Notes: generated by a model not told the origin, from the letters alone. A DNA stretch of 64,000 nt from Spirochaetia bacterium (GCA_034003955.1 JAVEXO010000012.1:337-64336); one strand, 5' to 3'; shown: positions 19,152-27,699, numbered from the stretch's first letter. Translations and numbers: made by a program.

Positions 19152-19453
19152 AGTACCTGATTTGTGCCATAAGGACAATGCTGCGCTAAATTAGTGTTAC
19201 GAAGCTTGTGGATACTCAAGCGAAAGGCCTACTTTTCCCTGTTATTCTTACAAACCTGGCTTGTAGTGCCTTTTTGTGTGCGTTAATGCTGGGTCAGATT
19301 GTCATCACTAAGGTTCGTAACACGAGAGTAGGCTTGATTGTTGCTGTGGTCGGTATGAGAGTGTGTTATAATGAAACATTTGGGTGGTCGTAATGATACG
19401 CGTGGGTGTATAAAAAAGAAACACAATATGGTATCTTGTCGCGTTACTGTTCC

Positions 19454-19855
19454 TCAGGAGCGCTGATTCTGTGATTTTCTTATATACAGGGGCACCGAGG
19501 CCCGTTCCTGACCGTCTATAGACAGGATTAAACGCCAGGAGCCTTCCTTCTCTATGCGCAGGTTTGAGACGTTAAGGGCCAGATTGGCACAGGCCGAGTC
19601 TCCACCTATGCCGTTGACGTTCATCGCTCCATCGAGAGCAGGAGCCAGTCTGTCACCAGAGGCATCTACGAGTTCCATCCTCACTACATGAGAGCCAAGT
19701 TCGTATACCTGGAAGCGAATACGGGCCGCGACACACATGAGGGGATGCACCGAGGGGAACTCACGCACGGTTATGGCGTCGAAACACCCGATGATGTTGA
19801 GCTTACCCATCACGTCCTGGGCAAAGTCGCACAAGGCCAGAATTTCTACCTGCAT
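19454..19855 (-). CDS. Hypothetical protein, 133 aa
   Basis: Start re-set to MQVEILALCDFAQD. The longer track ORF overlaps the divergent HD gene. No motif recognised. Confidence 0.5.
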   Translation of the reverse strand: MQVEILALCDFAQDVMGKLNIIGCFDAITVREFPSVHPLMCVAARIRFQVYELGSHVVRMELVDASGDRLAPALDGAMNVNGIGGDSACANLALNVSNLRIEKEGSWRLILSIDGQERASVPLYIRKSQNQRS

Positions 19856-19907
19856 ATCCTTTGTATAACGACTTGCGGCCGTATCCGCAAGCGGGTATCG
19901 TAGGTTC

Positions 19908-20570
19908 ATGCACAAAGAGGATGCCATATTACTGGAAACCAGGGCTTTCGCCGAGGCGAGCCACAAGGGTACAGCCCCCTGCCATGATTTTTCACATGTA
20001 CAGCGAGTCTTGGCCACGGCCATGCGTCTTGCCGCAGAGGAAGGCGCCGATGCCTTCATCGTGGAGGTGGCCAGCCTGCTCCATGACATAGGCAGGGGCT
20101 TGGAGGCGCGCTCAGGACCCGAACCGGACAGGCACGAAGAGTTGTCTGTAGAGCTGGCCAGACCATTCCTCTATTCGCAAGGACTTGCGTCAGACACCGT
20201 GAACCGCATACTCGACGCCATACTGGAACACCGCCACAGGCGTGGTAGATCTCCTGGTAGCCTTGAGGCGCGATGCCTCTACGATGCCGACAAGCTAGAC
20301 TCCCTGGGAGCCGTAGGGGTGGCTCGCGCCTACCTGTGGCTGGGAGAACATGGTCGATCTGTCTACTATTCGGCAGAGAGCTGGGCCGGAGTCGATCCTG
20401 CCAACAACGCCACGGAAAATGACTCGTTCCAGCGCGAATGGGAAATAAAGCTGTGCCGGCTCAAGGATGGGATGTACACGGAGAGTGGACGCGCCATGGC
20501 CGCTCGTCGCCATGCCCGCATGGAGCGCTTCCTTCTTGACATGAGCCTGGAGGTAGCGGGCAAGGCTTAA
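19908..20570 (+). CDS. HD-domain metal-dependent phosphohydrolase
   Basis: H...HD motif (HDFSHVQRV ... SLLHDIGR) and a downstream D (YDADKLD). Confidence 0.8.
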   Translation: MHKEDAILLETRAFAEASHKGTAPCHDFSHVQRVLATAMRLAAEEGADAFIVEVASLLHDIGRGLEARSGPEPDRHEELSVELARPFLYSQGLASDTVNRILDAILEHRHRRGRSPGSLEARCLYDADKLDSLGAVGVARAYLWLGEHGRSVYYSAESWAGVDPANNATENDSFQREWEIKLCRLKDGMYTESGRAMAARRHARMERFLLDMSLEVAGKA

Positions 20571-20582
20571 GGCAGGATGACG

Positions 20583-21029
20583 CTAGTTGATGACGCGGAA
20601 CTCGGAGAAGTACAACTCGTCTATCCGCCCAAGCGACAACAGTGCGTTGAGGGTATCGCGCAGGCCTGCCTTGACTGCGGCCTCTCCCGATGGATGCAGC
20701 TCGGAGGCACGTTTGCCCGACAGAAACGAGCCGGCCGCTTCTCTGAGGTCTCCTCGCTTGCGGGAAAGCTCCTCGCTGAACTGACGGTCTGAGGCATCGT
20801 ATGGAAAGGCAATGTCGACGACTATGACGGCAGGCACATCGTCGGCCGACTTGGCCCGTATGCGCCCCAGGCCATCGAACACGCCGTTGTCTGAGGCGGC
20901 AAGAGGCACCGTGGCTCGGGCCAGCTTCCTGGTCCTGGATTCGGTAATGCCCGCATAGGCGGTTCCGGCTATGATGACGATTAAGAGTACCGCCCCTACA
21001 GCTATCAGTATCCGTTCCAGCCTAGTCAT
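20583..21029 (-). CDS. fliL: Flagellar basal-body-associated protein FliL-like
   Basis: Single N-terminal TM (ILIAVGAVLLIVIIAGTAYAG). FliL-like C-terminal region ending LYFSEFRVIN. GGAGGG RBS before ATG 21029. Confidence 0.6.
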   Translation of the reverse strand: MTRLERILIAVGAVLLIVIIAGTAYAGITESRTRKLARATVPLAASDNGVFDGLGRIRAKSADDVPAVIVVDIAFPYDASDRQFSEELSRKRGDLREAAGSFLSGKRASELHPSGEAAVKAGLRDTLNALLSLGRIDELYFSEFRVIN

Positions 21030-21153
21030 TGCGCCCTCCGATACCATCGGCTCCTCCGCAGCGCCGTATCGAGTCTGCCAGGGCGACGCCTATGGCAGCC
21101 AGTATAGCGCCGATGACGAAAAAAGCCGAGAGGGGGTGCGGCAAGCGTCATAA

Positions 21154-21187
21154 ACAAACGGCAGCAGGATTCCCCGCTGCCGTTTGT
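21154..21187 (-). terminator. 12-bp stem hairpin downstream of the PEGA gene
   Basis: ACAAACGGCAGC-loop-GCTGCCGTTTGT. The T-tract on the minus strand is weak. Confidence 0.45.
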
Positions 21188-21221
21188 CAAGTTCAAACCG
21201 ACACCTTGTGCTTATACGTGC

Positions 21222-22172
21222 CTATTGCTTGAGGTTGAGCCCCATGAACGGTTCTATGGTGTACATTCCGCCGGCCTGGATATCGTAGAAACCCTCTACC
21301 TGCAGACCACCTGAAGCGATCTTTATGAGGTGCCTACCAGGGGCTAGTTGTATCATCTGGCCCTTCACCTGGTTGCCATCTATCCAGATGCCAATCTGGT
21401 TCCAGTGGTTTCCACCCAGGCTCGTATTGATACTGGCCGCCGGCAACACGACAGAGACCGTGCCCATCGCTGGCTGGAGGGTCACGTTTATGCTCTTGGG
21501 ACCCGTGAAGGTGAAGCTCTCTACATAGGACACGAAGCCAGGCGCCTGTACCGTAACGGTGTATGTTCCGGGAGACAGCTGGCTGTTGAAGGGGGCGTTG
21601 CCTGCCATGGAGCCATTGAGCAGGACCTGTGCGCCCTTGACGTTTGTAGCGTTGACAGACAAGAGGAAGGTGGCGCTCTGGAGGCTTACGTCGATGCTCT
21701 TAGCGCCTGTAAGCGTGAAACTCTCGTTATAGCCCAGGAAGCCAGGAGCCTGCACCGTAATGGTGTATGTTCCTGGGCTTAGCTGGGTTGCGAAAGGCGT
21801 ATTGCCTATTGACTTGCCGTTTATAAGAACCTGTGCGCCCTTTACGTTGTTTGCGTTTACAGACAGCTGGAAGGTTGCGGGGCTCATGGTAATAGGCAGG
21901 TTCATGGTGCCAGATACCGAGACCGTGGTTGAGAAGTCAACATAGCCCTTGGCACGGGTCATGACCGTGTGGTTGCCAGCACTTACCGTGGCCACATTGC
22001 CTTTTATCCGGCCGCCGTCTATAAAAATTTCGGCGTTGGAGGGGTTTACGCTTATTGTAAGCTGAAAGGCGGTGGGGGCGGATGACTTCTTGCCTCCACT
22101 TGCCGATGATTGGGCGAATACCGAGCCGCCCATAAAAAGCGCGACGATCAGTATGGCAATAAATTTCTTCAT
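21222..22172 (-). CDS. Secreted PEGA-domain repeat protein
   Basis: Signal peptide MKKFIAILIVALFMGGSVFA. At least three PEGA-like modules (GAQVLINGKSIGNTPF...SPGTYTITVQAPGF). Confidence 0.8.
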   Translation of the reverse strand: MKKFIAILIVALFMGGSVFAQSSASGGKKSSAPTAFQLTISVNPSNAEIFIDGGRIKGNVATVSAGNHTVMTRAKGYVDFSTTVSVSGTMNLPITMSPATFQLSVNANNVKGAQVLINGKSIGNTPFATQLSPGTYTITVQAPGFLGYNESFTLTGAKSIDVSLQSATFLLSVNATNVKGAQVLLNGSMAGNAPFNSQLSPGTYTVTVQAPGFVSYVESFTFTGPKSINVTLQPAMGTVSVVLPAASINTSLGGNHWNQIGIWIDGNQVKGQMIQLAPGRHLIKIASGGLQVEGFYDIQAGGMYTIEPFMGLNLKQ

Positions 22173-22214
22173 GGTAGCTCCTTAAAAAGACTAGACGCAC
22201 TGTCTCCTACGAAT

Positions 22215-22239
22215 AAACAGGCGGCCAGGCCGCCTGTTT
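22215..22239 (-). terminator. Intrinsic terminator after the frameshifted lipoprotein gene
   Basis: AAACAGGCGGC-CAG-GCCGCCTGTTT, followed by TTTATT on the minus strand. Confidence 0.6.
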
Positions 22240-22262
22240 ATAACAATCGATTACAGAAAAGA

Positions 22263-23290
22263 TTACTTGGAGCCGGATATGACGAAGGTTGTATCACTGG
22301 GGATGCCACCCAAAGACCTTATGGCAGCACCATTGTTTTCAACCAGCCTATAGTCGGGCATGAATACCATGTAGTATACGCTCCCATCAGAGTTGTTGAA
22401 CAATTGGACTCGGAACAGGCTTATTGTCTTCTGGGGCATGTTGGATGGCAGGGTGAAGATACCCTTGATTGCACTGCCCTGGGTGATGACCACCCGTACA
22501 TTCTGGTTATCAAGGGTAGGGTTAAGGGGGGCATCCAGGTAGTATTCTCCTGAGCCCATCCAGTTATAGTTTCCTGTTGTTAAGACTGATCCAATGAATG
22601 GTGAAGTGGATTGAATGAAGGTAGGGGACCCACCTGAAGGATCGCAACTTTGGCTGCCAAGGAGGGTAATAGTCTCGGGGCCACCACCGTCCTCATCGTC
22701 TACATCGAGGTATGCAAAATCACCGGTGCCTTTTGGATTATCATAGAAGACATGAGCCCTGCCGGCAGGGAGGTCGGCATAGGCATTTGGAGCTGTCCAT
22801 GCTGTAGCAGGCATTGTTACATTGTCGAATTCGATCGGGTAGGTGAAGTGCGCGTCAAAATCTTGATTGTTCTCCGCCCAGGTAAGGAAGATGGAAACGG
22901 CATTGGGATCGCTACCCTTGCTTGTCGTAACACCGAACAGCTTGCCGAGGTCCTTGCTCCAGCCGGCCACGGTCGCCTCGAAGGGTATGAACACGTATCC
23001 GCTGCGTGCAGCGCTTACTGTATACGTGCCATAGGGTACCTGGTCGTCAAAGACGACGCTTCCACTAGAGCTGCTTGTTGTAGTAAAGGCTGTTGTCGAA
23101 CCGTCTTCCGTGATAATGGGTGTCAGGGTGTCAGGGTGACGGTGGCGTTGGGTATGCCCGTGCCCGTGCGTGCGTCAACGACGGTCATGGTTGGTGATAT
23201 CATCCATAAAAGTACGTCTACACACGAACTAAGGCCGAGTATCGCGAAGGCCATCAATGCTACGGTGTAAACTCTAGATGACTTGTTCAT
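22263..23290 (-). pseudogene. Lipoprotein with an N-terminal carboxypeptidase-regulatory-like (Ig-like) domain, interrupted by a +8 frameshift
   Basis: ATG 23290 (AAGGAGG RBS) gives MNKSSRVYTVALMAFAILGLSSC (lipobox) ...ATVTLTP, then TGA at 23125-23123. The 243-aa ORF 22263-22994 is in another frame. Deleting one copy of the 8-bp tandem unit at 23118-23133 joins both frames into one 339-aa ORF (checked by coordinate arithmetic). Confidence 0.75.
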
Positions 23291-23569
23291 GGGTCCTCCT
23301 TAAAACAGTTGCAGAGACAGGGCTGCAAGACGTGCTACCTGTCCTCATAATTCACGAAGACAAGTATACCGACAAATACTACAGAAAACACAATCACCAG
23401 GCGATTAGTTGCACTACTAAAAAATCCAGCGATTATGACGAGTCTAGGTGCAATCGAGCGACCCGTTATTAGAGTCTTTTCTGTGCTGCCGCCAGCGGAT
23501 TGCTGGCTGTATACCGCTCCTTTCAAGGCTATAACAACTTCGAGCGCAACTACGTTACTTTTACCTTAC

Positions 23570-23598
23570 TTGACGATTCTGGCTTATAGGCCTATAAA
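23570..23598 (+). promoter_or_regulatory. sigma-70-type promoter of the lysine-fermentation operon
   Basis: TTGACG, 17 nt, TATAAA. Predicts an approx. 165-nt leader before kdd. Confidence 0.6.
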
Positions 23599-23645
23599 GG
23601 ATAGTCATCAAAAACCATTCTGAAAAGGCTCATTCAATAGAATAA

Positions 23646-23750
23646 ACGAGGAGAATAAGAGAATACGAGGCAAGAAAGAGGGGATTTGAAGGATAATTCC
23701 GTAAAAAGCCTTCTCTTTTAAGTCTCTTTATCTCTTGTACTCTTTGTTAT
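23646..23750 (+). repeat. Purine-arm/pyrimidine-arm element in the kdd leader (family member 1)
   Basis: GA-rich arm ACGAGGAGAATAAGAGAATACGAGGCAAGAAAGAGGGG (23646-23685) and CT-rich arm CCTTCTCTTTTAAGTCTCTTTATCTCTTGTACTCTTTGTT (23709-23750). The arms are imperfect reverse complements and end 12 nt before the SD GAGGAGG. Confidence 0.7.
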
Positions 23751-23772
23751 TATTATTTCACGAGGAGGTACT

Positions 23773-24813
23773 ATGGCTAAAGGATGCAAGTACGGCACCC
23801 ACCGCGTCATCGAACCGGTGGGAGCCATGCCACAGACGGCGCAGCGCCTGGACAATGACATGTCTAAGGTCTACGACAACGAGATTCTGTTGGACGTGAT
23901 CGCGCTCAACGTCGATTCTGCCAGCTTCACCCAGATAGAGGAAGAAGCGGGGCACGATGTAGACAAGATTGGCAAGAAGATCATGGAGATCGTGGGTGCC
24001 AGGGGCAAGCAGCAGAATCCGGTAACCGGCTCTGGCGGCATGTTCATAGGCAAGGTGGTCAGGATAGGATCGGACCTCAAGGACAGAGACCTCAAGGTGG
24101 GCGACAAGATTGCCAGCCTCGTGTCCCTCTCTCTTACCCCCCTCAAGATCAACAAGATAGTAAAGGTGATGCCAGAGGTTGACCGCGTGCTCATAGACGG
24201 GCAGGCCATACTCTTTGAATCAGGCATCTATGCCAAGCTGCCAGACGACATGGACGAGGGTCTTGCACTCGCCGCCCTCGATGTGGCCGGAGCACCCGCG
24301 CAGACAGCCAAGCTTGTAAAGCCAGGCGACAGCGTGCTTATTCTGGGTGCCGGTGGTAAATCAGGGCTCATGTGCTGCTACGAGGCGATGAAGAGGGTAG
24401 GTCCCACAGGCCGCGTCATAGCCAACATCCGTAGCGAGAAGTACGTAAAGCCACTCACAGAGATGCATCTGTGCCATGAGATAGTGTTTGCCGACGCCGG
24501 CAAGCCCGTCGACATGCTCAATGCGGTGCTCAAGGCCAACAACGGTAAGGAAGTGGACATAGTCATAAACTGCGTCAACATCCAGGGTACCGAGATGTCG
24601 AGCATCCTGCCTGTGCGTGATAACGGCATAGTCTATTTCTTCAGCATGGCTACCAGTTTTACCCGCGCCGCATTAGGAGCCGAAGGTATTGGCAAGGACG
24701 TGCTCATGATTATAGGCAACGGCTATACCAAGGACCACGCCGAGATAACCCTGTGGGAGCTCAGAGAGAACGCTCAGCTTCGCAAGTACTTTGAAGAGCA
24801 GTACGTAAAGTAA
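23773..24813 (+). CDS. kdd: L-erythro-3,5-diaminohexanoate dehydrogenase
   Basis: 346 aa. N-terminus MAKGCKYGTHRVIEPVGAMPQTAQRLDN and a GAGGKSG nucleotide loop, as I recall for Kdd. Context with kce/kamA/kamDE. Confidence 0.85.
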   Translation: MAKGCKYGTHRVIEPVGAMPQTAQRLDNDMSKVYDNEILLDVIALNVDSASFTQIEEEAGHDVDKIGKKIMEIVGARGKQQNPVTGSGGMFIGKVVRIGSDLKDRDLKVGDKIASLVSLSLTPLKINKIVKVMPEVDRVLIDGQAILFESGIYAKLPDDMDEGLALAALDVAGAPAQTAKLVKPGDSVLILGAGGKSGLMCCYEAMKRVGPTGRVIANIRSEKYVKPLTEMHLCHEIVFADAGKPVDMLNAVLKANNGKEVDIVINCVNIQGTEMSSILPVRDNGIVYFFSMATSFTRAALGAEGIGKDVLMIIGNGYTKDHAEITLWELRENAQLRKYFEEQYVK

Positions 24814-24851
24814 CAAGACATCGTGTAGAGTTGGGAGAGTAGCGAGGCGAT

Positions 24852-25248
24852 GGGAGGACGGCAAGCCGGGTTGCGCAAGCGCGCGATTGGCCGGCGGGGG
24901 CAGTCCGTCTCCCGGTAATTATGCGGCGTTCTGCCGGTAAGGATCAGGCCTACGCATACAAAACGTGAGAAGACGGTTAGCCGTCTCTCGCCCCGGGGGC
25001 TCCCCGTCCCCGGCGCGGCGAGCGTAAACGGCGTAGGATATGCCTGCGACGAGTTGACGCTTGCCGGAACGTATCGGCAGCCACCCCATAAGGGGTTGGA
25101 GGATGGACGAGACCATCCATACCGATCTTATGTTTTCCATTGTTTCTGTTTGTTTTGATTGTTGACCGAGGAACGAAGACTGGGGCGACAGGGTTTTAAA
25201 GGTTACGTTGAGTGGCACTCTGCGTGTCCCTTAAAACCCTGTCGCCCC
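24852..25248 (+). other. Non-coding, highly structured GC-rich spacer between kdd and kce (candidate cis-regulatory or processed RNA)
   Basis: No ORF of 60 aa or more on the operon strand. Helices: GGGAGGACGG/CCGTCTCCC (24852-24913); CAGGCCTACGC/GCGTAGG..GCCTG (24945-25046) enclosing GAGAAGACGG-TTAG-CCGTCTCTC and CTCGCC...GGCGAG; CCACCCC-ATAA-GGGGTTGG (25081-25099); GGATGG-ACGAGA-CCATCC (25101-25118); perfect 18-bp stem 25182-25199/25231-25248. Confidence 0.4.
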
Positions 25249-25287
25249 GCCATCGATCGTTACCTACCTACTTTAAGGAGGGCATAC

Positions 25288-26115
25288 ATGGCTCTTGACG
25301 GCAAGATAGTGATAACATGCGCGTGTACCGGCGCAGAGACGACGGTAGCCCAGAACCCGGCGCTTCCAATAACCCCTGATCAGGTGGCCAGGACGGCGGA
25401 AGAGTGCAGGGCTGCGGGTGCCGCCATCCTGCATCTGCATGTGAGGGACGATAAGGGCATGGCTACCCAGAGCGTAGCCAGGTTCAAGGAGGCCATAGAG
25501 GCCATCCGCAAGAAGACAGATATCGTCATTGAGATAACAACAGGTGGAGCCGTCGGCGACACGGCAGAGGAACGCCTGCGTCCAGTCAAGGAACTGCAGC
25601 CAGAGATGGCATCGCTCGACTGTGGCACCGTTAACTTCGGTGACGAGTACATAGTCAACGATCTGCCAACGATGCGGGCATTTGCAGCAGAGTTCAAGCG
25701 GCTCAAGGTTAGGGCCACGCTTGAATGTTTTGACCTGGGACATGTCTACGCAAGCCATTACCTCCTAAAGGAAGGCCTCATAGAGGCTCCATTACACTAT
25801 GGCTTCGTACTCAATGTGCCTGGTGCCGTACCGTACAGCGTCGAGAACCTGTCGGCCTTCATCAAGGCCATACCTGCTGGAGCCGATTTTACCGTGATGG
25901 GCATAGGCCGCTCGTCGCTTCCTGCCCAGTTTGGGGCCATAGCCAACTCTGGGTGGATTCGCGTTGGCTTTGAGGACAACGTATTCTTTAGCAAGGGAGT
26001 GCTTGCCAAGAGCAACGCCGAGTTAGTAGAGCGGGCCGTGCGCATATCCCACGAAGCCGGCTTAAAACCAGCCACGCCCGATGATGTCCGAAGCTACCTG
26101 AGACTAAGAGGCTGA
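25288..26115 (+). CDS. kce: 3-keto-5-aminohexanoate cleavage enzyme (BKACE/DUF849 family)
   Basis: Start at MALDGKIVITCACTGAETT (AAGGAGG RBS). TIM-barrel BKACE hallmarks (ILHLHVRD, EITTGG). Operon context. Confidence 0.85.
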   Translation: MALDGKIVITCACTGAETTVAQNPALPITPDQVARTAEECRAAGAAILHLHVRDDKGMATQSVARFKEAIEAIRKKTDIVIEITTGGAVGDTAEERLRPVKELQPEMASLDCGTVNFGDEYIVNDLPTMRAFAAEFKRLKVRATLECFDLGHVYASHYLLKEGLIEAPLHYGFVLNVPGAVPYSVENLSAFIKAIPAGADFTVMGIGRSSLPAQFGAIANSGWIRVGFEDNVFFSKGVLAKSNAELVERAVRISHEAGLKPATPDDVRSYLRLRG

Positions 26116-26372
26116 TAGAGGAAGACTTAAGGAAGAGGATAAGAGAAGAAGAGTAAAGAAAGAGGGAAGAGGGAGATGAGGAGCAGTGATTATGATCTGC
26201 TCTGTCCGGGCTCTTGTCCTCTTGTTCTCTTTGTCGATTTATTAGATGAGGTTTGGTTTAGGAAGACTGATGTAGATGTAGAAATTAGAGTTAAGAGTTC
26301 ATCAAGAGAAGGCCTGCTGAGAGATTCCTCTCGTTCCTTTCTCTTGTCCTCTTATTCTCTTTGTTAATCTTT
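26114..26372 (+). repeat. Intercistronic purine-arm/pyrimidine-arm element, copy A (two modules)
   Basis: GA arm 26114-26185 (GATAGAGGAAGACTTAAGGAAGAGGATAAGAG...), CT arm 26197-26236 (CTGCTCTGTCCGGGCTCTTGTCCTCTTGTTCTCTTTGTCG), second GA part 26236-26328, second CT arm 26329-26372. Long identical blocks are shared with copy B. Confidence 0.85.
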
Positions 26373-26387
26373 TATAGGAGGCTTACT

Positions 26388-27683
26388 ATGCATACTTATC
26401 CGTCTTACGATTACAAGCGCATTCCGCTGTATAAAGATGTGACGCCCGAGCAGTGGAACGACTGGCACTGGCAGATGAAGAACAACATCAAGGACGTAGA
26501 GACGCTGGCAAAGGTCGTCCCTCTGACACAGAAGGACAAGGACGGCGTGATAGAGGTGCTCAAGGTGTTCCGCATGGCCATAACGCCATACTACGCCTCG
26601 CTGATAGACCCGGAGAATCCAGGCTGCCCGGTCAGGCTTCAGGCTGTCCCGCGCCTGCCTGAGACGCATTTCGACGAGAGCGACCAGGACGATCCGCTTC
26701 ATGAAGACTCAGACAGCCCGGTTCCAGGCCTTACACACCGCTACCCAGACAGGGTGCTGCTCTTGGTCACCCATATATGCTCCATGAACTGCCGTCACTG
26801 TACACGCAGGCGCATCGTTGGTGAAGAAGACGCCAACATGAACGAAGAGTATATTGACGCCGCCATAGAGTATATAAAGAAGACACCAATAGTCAGGGAC
26901 GTGCTCATATCCGGTGGAGACCCCCTTGTACTGTCAGATGAGAAGCTAGAGAGCATCATAAAGAAGATACGTGCCATACCACACGTGGAGATAATCCGCA
27001 TAGGAACGCGCACGCCAGTGGTCATGCCCCAGCGTATAACAGACAAGCTTGTTACCATGCTCAAGCAGTACCACCCCATCTATGTCAACACGCACTTCAA
27101 CCATCCCAAGGAGATTACAGCCGAGTCTCGCGAGGCTTGCCGCAAGCTAGCCGACGCTGGCATACCACTTGGAAACCAGAGCGTGCTCCTGCGCGATGTA
27201 AACGATTGCCCGGTTCTTATGAAGAAGCTCGTGCAGAAGCTACTGACCATACGCGTAAAGCCGTACTACATCTACCAGTGTGACCTGTCACTTGGCATCA
27301 GCCACTTCCGCACTACCGTCTCCAAGGGCATAGAGATAATAGAGAACCTGCGTGGCCACACCTCTGGCATGGCAGTACCCACATTCGTCATAGACGCGCC
27401 GGGAGGCGGCGGCAAGACGCCAGTGATGCCAGACTACATGATATCAAGTAACGACAAGCGTGTGATACTGCGCAACTATGAGGGCGTTATCACCACATAC
27501 GATGAACCTACCGGTTATCACGAGGACTGTGGCAAATGCCGTATATGCTTCGACGAACCTCAGCTCAACGCCACCTGTGGCGTAGCAAGGCTTCTATCTG
27601 GTGACGAGAAGACCCTGGAACCAAAAAACCTGGTCAGAGCCGCCCGTGGCACCAACGCCTTCTCCCCAAGAAAGAAGAAGTAA
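26388..27683 (+). CDS. kamA: L-lysine 2,3-aminomutase (radical SAM, PLP)
   Basis: CxxxCxxC cluster motif CSMNCRHCTRR and conserved KamA blocks (ITPYYASLIDPENP, LISGGDPL). Start at MHTYPSYDY after AGGAGG. Confidence 0.95.
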   Translation: MHTYPSYDYKRIPLYKDVTPEQWNDWHWQMKNNIKDVETLAKVVPLTQKDKDGVIEVLKVFRMAITPYYASLIDPENPGCPVRLQAVPRLPETHFDESDQDDPLHEDSDSPVPGLTHRYPDRVLLLVTHICSMNCRHCTRRRIVGEEDANMNEEYIDAAIEYIKKTPIVRDVLISGGDPLVLSDEKLESIIKKIRAIPHVEIIRIGTRTPVVMPQRITDKLVTMLKQYHPIYVNTHFNHPKEITAESREACRKLADAGIPLGNQSVLLRDVNDCPVLMKKLVQKLLTIRVKPYYIYQCDLSLGISHFRTTVSKGIEIIENLRGHTSGMAVPTFVIDAPGGGGKTPVMPDYMISSNDKRVILRNYEGVITTYDEPTGYHEDCGKCRICFDEPQLNATCGVARLLSGDEKTLEPKNLVRAARGTNAFSPRKKK

Positions 27684-27699
27684 TACTAGTAAAGATAAC

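Noticed and set aside
19208-19393. 61-aa plus-strand ORF with one hydrophobic stretch between hsp20 and the next gene
   Set aside because: It has a GTG start and no convincing RBS, and it lies in the hsp20 regulatory region. It is not supported beyond being open.
23335-23526. 63-aa minus-strand ORF with hydrophobic segments upstream of the lipoprotein gene (and the 64-aa plus-strand ORF 23278-23472)
   Set aside because: It would need a TTG start with no RBS, and the two mutually antisense ORFs fall in an AT-richer promoter region. The evidence is insufficient, though a small membrane protein cannot be excluded.
24919-25218. 99-aa minus-strand ORF in the kdd-kce spacer
   Set aside because: It lies opposite the operon direction, has no RBS and odd composition, and spans several strong hairpins. 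It is treated as non-coding.
23600-25287. Lysine (L-box) riboswitch, cobalamin riboswitch or T-box in the kdd leader, the kdd-kce spacer or upstream of kamDE
   Set aside because: I looked by eye for the conserved cores: L-box AGAGGCGC...GCCGAAG...ACUGUCA, the B12-box with GGGAA/GCCACUG, and T-box GGGUGGUACCGCG. I found only short GC-rich chance resemblances, with no ordered set of motifs. A covariance-model scan is needed to be sure.
26176-26367. 63-aa ORF inside the kce-kamA spacer
   Set aside because: It lies entirely within the GA/CT repeat element, has a low-complexity Ser/Leu translation and no RBS. The homologous copy B does not preserve the frame.
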